The notes under the pieces: generated by a model
What the model saw: only the letters and a program-made list of their open reading frames with translations
The model's database searches: none
Told to the model about the DNA's origin: nothing
Translations under genes and position numbers: made by a program
DNA from: Amoebidium appalachense
Lineage: Eukaryota > Protista > Ichthyosporea
Direction of reading: 5' to 3'
DNA length: 64,000 bases
Assembly: GCA_963693365.1 (NCBI GenBank)
Contig: CAVNZM010000015.1
Location: 3,038,001-3,102,000, forward strand
In this document: positions 31,430 through 64,000 of the stretch, piece after piece
Position numbering within the stretch: position 1 is the stretch's first letter
Layout: each line of letters starts with the position of its first letter

Positions 31430-31960
31430 ACATACGGTGGCGAGTGCCTGTTCGTAGTTTTTGGGCAGTTTGACCTTCTCCCACATGTTCTTGGGTGTGT
31501 GTGCACGCTCAATGGTCTTCATGTACAGATACACAATGCCTGGAGTGCATGGGTGTTAGGCAAAAATAAAGGTGGTGGTGGTGGTGGTGGTGGAAGAGGG
31601 AGTGGTGGAAGAGGTGAGGAGGGGGGGGGGAAGGAGGGGGAGGTTGTGCGGGTTTCAGTAGCCTAAATGCCTGCTAATATTTTTGAATAATTTACTTTTC
31701 AGGAAGGAAAGGGATAGGCAGGGGAGCGGGGGACAGCAGCGAGGAGAACGGTAGAGCCGAGGGAGGGGGGGGGGTGATGTATGCGTTAGAGGGTTGGAAA
31801 TATGGAAGAGACAACAGAGGACAACAACAAAACGTCACAAAGGTGTGAAACCCGAAATTAAACAATGTAGGTGTGCAGGCAGAAGACACTTGAACAGAAC
31901 CCATCATCGGGAGGGGGGAGGGGAAGGGGGAGTGGGGGTTGGGGCGGGGTGGGGGGACAC

Positions 31961-32019
<59 letters not shown>

Positions 32020-33327
32020 GTGTGTGTGTGTGCATGCATGCATGCATGTGCGCATGCGTGCATACGATGCACACTGGCGTGCGCATGGGTACATGTATGT
32101 CGATGACTGTGTGCTTCAGGGTTTAGACGCGAGATTAAATTCTCGAAGCTAAAACGTGCAACCACACACCAGCACAACTTCCTTCCCGATGTCTTTGTTC
32201 TCTCCATCACACACCGCTTCACCCCCCCCCCCTCCCCCCCCCAAAAAAACAACCCCTCTCCCCCTCCCCCGCAATCCCCCCCCCCCCCCCCTCCCCCCCC
32301 CCCCCCCCGGCGGTCCCTTCCCTTGTACAAAACACTTGCAGGCCAAAAACTGCTTGGGCCATCTCTTTTCACTCTCATCTAGTCACCATAACCCCCATCC
32401 ACATACCCACACACAGCCTCTGCGACCACTAACGGAATAATTTCCCCTTCAACTATCCAACTTTCAAAGGCTTTCTCCCTCCATTACCCATCATAATCAT
32501 GCCAATCTTGTCACCGGACAGGCATTTGAGTCTCGTGATACCCCCCTGTAGCAAACTGCCACCCCCCCCCCCCCCCCCCCCCAACACACACACACACCTA
32601 AGCGCAGTACGGACGGTCCCCCCCCCCCCCCCCCCAACACACACACACACCTAAACGCAGTACGGATGGTGCTATCCCATCCCGCTCCCCCCGCCCCCCC
32701 TCCCCCCGGCTCCCCCTGCTAACTCATCGACCCCCACACATTGCGTCTCTCCCCTCCCTCCCCCCTCCCCATCCCTCCCTCATTTACCCCCTCCCCCCCC
32801 CCCCATCCCATCGACCGCACTCTTCGCCCCCTTCCCCCCCCCCCCCCCCCCACCCACCCACCCACCAATCCACATGGCACACCCACAGTCCCCTTATGCC
32901 AGAGAGAGACAAACGAGCCGGGTCTCCGGAGGACGGGGTGCGGGGGAGGGGGGGGGGGGTTGTCATGAGGAAGGGCGGGGGGGAGGAGGGGAGAGGGTCG
33001 TGAGAGAGTGGGGGGGAGGGGGAGGTGTGTGTGTGGTGGGGGGGGGGGGGGGGGGAGGGGGGACTATGCATACCATCATGCTCTCTGATTGTGGCATATC
33101 GACTGTTGGCCAGAGGGCACGACTGTCTCGTGCATAGACCTGTGACGTTGTATTCATTCCGGCAGAACTCCTGCGTCTTTTCTGGAAGCCTGTGATGGAA
33201 AGTAATGGAAGGATTAGGAACCCGGGAAACGAATTTTTTACGAAAAGCACGGGTGGTAGGAAACACACGGGTGGTAGGGAACAGTGTAGTTCAGAAGCAT
33301 TGAGTCTGTTGGTGTGTGTGTGTGGGG

Positions 33328-33411
<84 letters not shown>

Positions 33412-33420
33412 AGGGGGGGG

Positions 33421-33475
<55 letters not shown>

Positions 33476-33912
33476 TGTGTCCAGGCGTGGTTTGTCTACA
33501 GCCTATTGCGTAAATGTCGCAGAGTGCGTATAAGCTGTGCGTGCACGTGGGAGTGGGTGGGTGGGTGGGGCGGAGGGAGGTGCCAAGAGGGGGAAGGGAG
33601 GGGGGGGGATGGAAGCAGAAGTGCGACCACACGATTAAGGGTGGTCACATCCAAACCAGTCTGAATCACAGAAGCGAGGAGGCAATAGAGGGTCTGTATG
33701 CATGATATCTCATCAACGGTAACTAATCCCTAACTCAGGCAGATTACCATACTCAACCTTCGAGATCCCCTGATTCTTTTTACCCGCCCTCCCTTCCCCC
33801 CCCCCCCCCCCCCCCCCCACACACACACACCTCTCATCCCCCCAACCATCCCCCTCCCCCCCCCCCCCTCTTCCCACCCTTCCTCACCCACAACTAGCCC
33901 TAGACTAAGCTG

Positions 33913-33943
<31 letters not shown>

Positions 33944-33951
33944 TGCACACG

Positions 33952-34001
<50 letters not shown>

Positions 34002-34492
34002 GTGCTATTCTATCCTCAACCTCCCCCCACACACGCATCGGTTGGTGACGAGCACACCTGCAGATGCACACGCCTTCGGGAAAAAACTTCGGGTACGACC
34101 CCTTCCCTTATCCCACTCCTTCTCGGCATAACGCCCTATGCCAATATTAACCTGGCCCCGCCTTTCCCCCCCTCTCCCCTAAGCACCAACCACAGCTCTA
34201 ACCCTTGCCTTTACATTGTCGACCCTCCCCCACCCTCGCCCCCAAAAAAACCTACCTTCCCTCGTTGCCTCCCCCCCTCCCCCACCCCCCCCCCCCCCCC
34301 CCCCCCCCCTCCAAACACACAAACACCCCACCTCTTTTCCCTCCCCCTACCACCCGAGGCCCAAAGGATGAGTAACCCCCGCTCCTTGCTCCCCGTTACA
34401 CACAACGCGCAAATTCGAACAGTCACGTACTTGGCCTTAAACGAACAGAAATTCTTGCTGATGACGTCCCAAATGACTGCGTCGTGCTGCAT
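26753..34492 (-). CDS. MAK16: MAK16 60S ribosome biogenesis protein, complete, 9 exons
   Basis: Exons 34492-34431, 33189-33074, 31539-31436, 30550-30438, 29898-29775, 29013-28840, 28142-28041, 27463(or 27460)-27358 and 26826-26753. Product [88 protein letters not shown], acidic tract, [11 protein letters not shown]. Confidence 0.96.
29288..29774 (-). repeat. Degenerate intronic minisatellite with ACTGTGTGCAC core in MAK16 intron 5
   Basis: GTGCACACAGT recurs on the + strand at ~25-30 bp spacing. The array begins at the donor GT. Confidence 0.75.
31776..31910 (+). repeat. ~140 bp interspersed repeat, copy 2 (MAK16 intron 2)
   Basis: Colinear similarity to 25436-25581. Confidence 0.8.
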
Positions 34493-35291
34493 GTTGCCTG
34501 GTAGAAGTTAGAGCGAGCACCAGCTCACCCTCCTAATTCCACGAAGAAAAAGCGGACTTAATTAAAGAAAGAATCCTCTTACACAATTGTAAATGTGCGC
34601 GTGTGGCGGCGTGACTTGCTGCAAAATGATGGTGGTCTGTCGCATTCAGGCACTACGATATGTATGTGTGTGTGGAAGTGTGTAGAAGTGTAGGATGCAA
34701 GCTGTCCTGCTGATGTTTTCTATTTCTCCTTTTCGCTAGCTTCTACACTTCCCCTTTTCAAGAAAGATTGCTCGCAGTGTCAAGAAATAGTCTCAGCCTT
34801 TTAGTTTTCTTGATATGTGCGCTGTTATTCCCTGTATTAATATACACGTACCTGTGCGAGTGTGTGTACGTGTGCGCGTATGCACACGTGTACAACAAAG
34901 TCTCAGAGTGAAAGCTCTCTCCGCCAATCACAAGACGCCACACCGAACAGGCCCCATCGATTCGAGTCAAATCACCAAACCAGTTCGAGTCAACCAAATT
35001 ATAACGGGAAAAGTAAGCGCAACAAACTGACGCTGTTTACTGGCAGCCGGCGCGCGCCTTGCACATCTTCCTTCCATTTACTTTGTATCTATTTTCAAGG
35101 CTCATTGAAGCTCATAAAAACTACTCGACACATTCCCTCGTGAATGCATCAGACGGTGTCAAAATGATTAACCCAAGTGATCCGATCTGTGACATGTGAA
35201 CCCGACCCGAATTTTCACCACCGCGTCCGAACACCCCCATCATGGCAAAAAATGCAAAGTGGAGGAGGAGGAGGAGGAGGAGAAGGGGAGA

Positions 35292-35327
<36 letters not shown>

Positions 35328-35546
35328 GGGGGAGGACTTGAAGACCCCTCCAAAAATGGATAATCATATGCATTTGCATTTTTTCGGGGGGGGATCCGGA
35401 GGGGGGGGGGGGGGGGGGGGGGTTGGGCAGGGGGGGGGGGGGGGGGGGGGTTTGTTTCGGTTTGTTGGTTTTTTTTTGTGGATGGTGGGGTTGAATGGGT
35501 GGTTGGTTGTGGGTCAGTGGGTGTGGGTGGGTGGGGGGGGGGGGAT

Positions 35547-35579
<33 letters not shown>

Positions 35580-35657
35580 GTCCTCCAAAAGAATTTATAA
35601 CATGTTCTTTTTTTTCTTTTCTTTTCTTTTTTTTTTCTTTTCTTTTTATTTTATTTT

Positions 35658-35688
<31 letters not shown>

Positions 35689-35887
35689 GGGAGGTTGAAG
35701 GGGGGAGGGGGGGGGGGGGGGGCTGATATGGCATAAATTGTGCATATTCTTTCTATATTGCATGCTTAAACCTGTGAGAAGCTGTCTCTGAATTTCCAAA
35801 TTTGGAAACGCTATGTACATATAGCAATAGTATTTTCTCTAGTTACTGTTTCGGAATTCGACGTCATCAGGTGCACATGTGGTGTAG

Positions 35888-35980
<93 letters not shown>

Positions 35981-36264
35981 GCGGCCGACACGGCTGCTGT
36001 ATCAAGCTCGGATGGTGCATATTCGTGGCGGTGTTTCGGTTAACTCTTAAAAAATTTGAAGAAGAGAAAAGAAAGAAATAAACAGACAAAGAAAAAGCCC
36101 TCACATTACATACGAACAAAACGGCTTGTAACTTTTGCCCACAAATTTTTAAAGACAAGCACAAAGCGGGAATAAAGATAAAAAAGCTACAAGCACGAAG
36201 CAGGAATAAAAATAAAATAATAATAATAATATTGGACACTCAGAACGCTAAATCTGTTCCCTCT

Positions 36265-38733
<2,469 letters not shown>

Positions 38734-39500
38734 CGCATCTGGAAAATGGTAGATCTGATTGGGCGATCCGATCCGATCGGGCGATTGATGAAATCACGTG
38801 CATGCCATCACGGTGGAAACGGTGGCACACGTCAACCTGGCATGTGGATTTGATAACTCCAAATCTACGAAAAAGATACCCTAGATTTACATAGGGTATG
38901 TAGGCACATAGTGTTAATTAAACCAAACGTACGGGCCGGGATACTCACACTTCCAGATATATTTCGGGCATCTTCATAGGTACTATGATACCCTGATTTA
39001 TTTGTCACAGTACATATATGCATCGCCCCAAATAGAAGGCGAAGGTAGGTGAAACAACCCACAACTCAACTCAAAAAAAAATAAGAAAGAAAGAAAAAAT
39101 CCCAACAAACTTAGAGCAAACCAGGGGCGTCTTTCCACATTTCAATGCAACATTTATTAAAGTCTATCTACACAGATATATCTCAAGCGGTTGTACTGCA
39201 CTCTAAATTTTCACTAAATGCATATTTGAACGTTTGTTTAGCGTCAGGCTCGGATGCACATACCTCCACGTGTGCATGCCCCAACCACAATCCTTTAAAG
39301 ACATCTAACCTATCACGCGCATAACATAAATTCGTAAACTACGGTGCGAAAAAACAGAAAAACAAGTTTGAAACATGCTCGTACCTTGTTGACAAATCTA
39401 GGTCAGACAATCCACCAATGAAGACACGTTTACTAATTTCACATCTTTGAACAAGATAGAAGACTAACTTCAATCCAACTTCTCTATGCAGTTTGAGTCG

Positions 39501-39588
<88 letters not shown>

Positions 39589-39700
39589 GCCCACCTCACC
39601 CCACCCCCCCCCCCCCCCACCCACCCACAAACACACCCACACCCACACCCACCCCCCCCCCAACCCCCCCACACATACACACGCACCCTTCCATCCACAC

Positions 39701-51080
<11,380 letters not shown>

Positions 51081-52251
51081 GCTGTAGCCTTATTGGACCC
51101 CCATGCGTTAGCGAAAGAATGAAATGGATTTCAAAGTGCGAGTTCTAATGTTAGAATGTTAGTTGGAGCTGCCAAATATGATTCCGGCACCCAATGATCG
51201 CCTACAGCGTTATAGCAGCAAAACAGCCTGAGGACATTTGTTTTCCCTGGCACTTGGTGACAAAATAGCAGAAATGCTCGAGAATAGGGGCATCTACACA
51301 TTCACTGGCAGGAAATGATTCCATGCGCGCACGCTGAGGTGGGCCATTCGTCATTGCTAATGTAGGTTATGCCAAATAAATAATTGCCAGTGAATGTGTA
51401 GAGACCTCCAGAAGATTTTCGAGATCCGACGATCTAGAATGTACCTTACGGATCGCCGACCCTCAGCTGCTCAGGTTTTGAAATTTGCGGTGACTTGGTG
51501 GCGCCGGCTGTGAAGCATTTTCATCGACACATGTGCACGGCGTATTGCTTATACAGTTGGTTATAAAGCTCATTCATAATAGCCCCTGCCATTTTCTTAG
51601 AAATTATTCCAGCAGGCTCGCCTATTTCATGCGCTGCCGGAAAGCGCCTGAACTCAGTGAGAGATATTGAAGGGGGTTTCTTTTAGGCCATTCAAGCACA
51701 TCGGGTCGAGCCGTTTGCTCAGCATATAAATCATGATAGAAACTGCAGTTTTTTCCCCAAACGCTTTATTATTATTTTACCCTTCTATTTTTCTTTTTTT
51801 TCTCTTTTCTTTTTCTTTTTTTTTGTATTATGACGCATCTGTCCCTTGCTGCCGGCAAAAAGATGGTGCGCAGCTGATGCGCAGCACGCCAATCATATAC
51901 ATAGCTAGAATTGCCTCTGACCCGACCCGGCCCGAAAAGCTAAAAGAACCCCCCCTTTTGTGAGCTGGCCTGGCCGGCTCACGCACCAGCGTACGCGTAT
52001 GGATGGCATTTGCAAAGTTGTCGTAAACCCAATTGCTTCCAACTGCAAGCTGCTTCACTTGCACGCAACACACACACAAAAAAAAAATTGTCAGTAGAAT
52101 TCCCACTGAGGGAACAAGAAATGGGCTATACAGACTTGTAGTAACCTTTATTTGCAGTCGGGTCGCGCGCGCTCACGTGCACGAGCCACTCTAGGAGAAT
52201 TGTCCCCAAAACTCTCTAGGGAGGGGCGTACGTGACTACTCAGTTCTTCTA

Positions 52252-52583
52252 TTTTTTTTCTTTTGACTGGATTTATTCGACGGAAAGATATGCAAGTATG
52301 CACGGCATACTGAGAAGACAAAAAGAACTTCACGAGTTATCCAGTAACAAGTGCATACTGAGATACCTGAACACTGTGTGAAAATCATATAAATACTCAA
52401 TGTGACGACCAACAGAATTCAACAAAAAGTCTAAAGTGTTCACATTGCCAGCCAGTGTACACATGTAGCAGACACCCGTAGGGAAAGAGGTAAAACACGA
52501 CATAAAAACTCACACCTATCAACATGCTTTCGATTAAAAAGTTCAGCACAAAAGTGGCACCAGCGGCGATGGAAACAAGAATT
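52252..52583 (-). mobile_element. Second, more truncated copy of the LINE at 11595
   Basis: Highly similar to 11595-11921, including AATAAA and the A-tail. It carries an 8-bp insertion near 52460, and similarity ends abruptly at 52583. Confidence 0.85.
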
Positions 52584-53238
52584 GGATGACACCAGATGGA
52601 GAGCTGAGCACACCAGCACTATATCACAACCGCGTGCCGAAGGCAATCGTAGAACTCAACCGGCAAGAATGCAACTGCTCGCAAGTCCCTCCCCAGCGTG
52701 GGACTTCCCCCTTGCCACAAATAGAAAGAAGTGAAAGCTCTTTTATATCCGTCATAGTGGAAATCGGGAAAAAAATTTGATGTGAAAGGAAAGTGATCGA
52801 CGTGAAAGTGAAGTCCACAAATTATTTATTTACAAAAGGGGGGAGAATGTAAACAGATGGAGTATTGGGGGATGCTCTGGAAAACGAAAAGGCCAGTGCT
52901 CTACTTTTAGGAATAGTCCCCGAGGGTCACCGGCGCAGCTGGCACCTATGCAGAGCTATCCCAAAACTTGTTCCTAAAAATGGGAGATGTTTTGATATAC
53001 AATAAAATAGGCCCCAAATATCACCAAAGGGTTTTCAATATATGCCCATATAAGAACTGATACCATTTGAGGTAGTTCTTATTTTTTCAGGGGCAGAAAG
53101 TCAAATTAAATTAAATATTTCATTCACTCAGTTACGGCGGCTGGGTTCTGGAGGCCACATGTACGGTCAGGGCATCGCAGATATACGAAAAAGGGAAAAG
53201 CAGCCATTGGATAAGTTTTCCGAATATTTACTTTACAG

Positions 53239-63715
<10,477 letters not shown>

Positions 63716-64000
63716 GTATATTCCCCCTCCCCCTCCCCCCTCCCCCCCCCCCCCCCCCCCCCCCCCTTAACCCTCCCCCCACCCACCCACCCACACCACC
63801 ACCACCACCACCACCCCCACGACCACTTCCCCCACCCCCCCCCCCCCCCCCCCCCCCCCCCCCTTCCTCCCCTCCCACCACCACCACCACCAACACACAC
63901 ACTACCACCACCACCAGCCCCAATAATGCTGCCATCACCCACGCAAACAACCCTCCTTTCCCCCCTCCTTTTCCCTCTCCAAAAGAAAAAGGGGAGGCAA

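Overview
Eukaryotic nuclear DNA with spliceosomal GT-AG introns. Introns and intergenic DNA are saturated with (CA)n/(TG)n, (GA)n and long G/C homopolymers, so almost every ORF in the supplied track is a repeat artefact. I spliced the genes by hand. Recognisable genes: the last four exons of DDX27/DRS1 (+), a two-exon OPT/YSL-family transporter (-), a complete 9-exon MAK16 (-) and a complete 10-exon ABHD16A (-). Also present: a decaying membrane-anchored beta-helix (Pmp/pectin-lyase-like repeat) gene (+) and three orphan multi-exon gene candidates. One of these orphans has a tandemly duplicated exon and an in-frame TAG. Mobile DNA: two 5'-truncated copies of one non-LTR retrotransposon, a TTAA-flanked long-TIR element, a TA-flanked MITE and a three-copy ~140 bp repeat next to G-runs. 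OPT plus ABHD16A suggests a non-metazoan microbial eukaryote (inference only). The most unusual signal is intron architecture: many 3' splice sites are simply the end of a (CA)n tract with no pyrimidine tract, and several tandem repeats are continuous with, and copy, splice junctions. All homology calls are from recalled motifs, not database searches.
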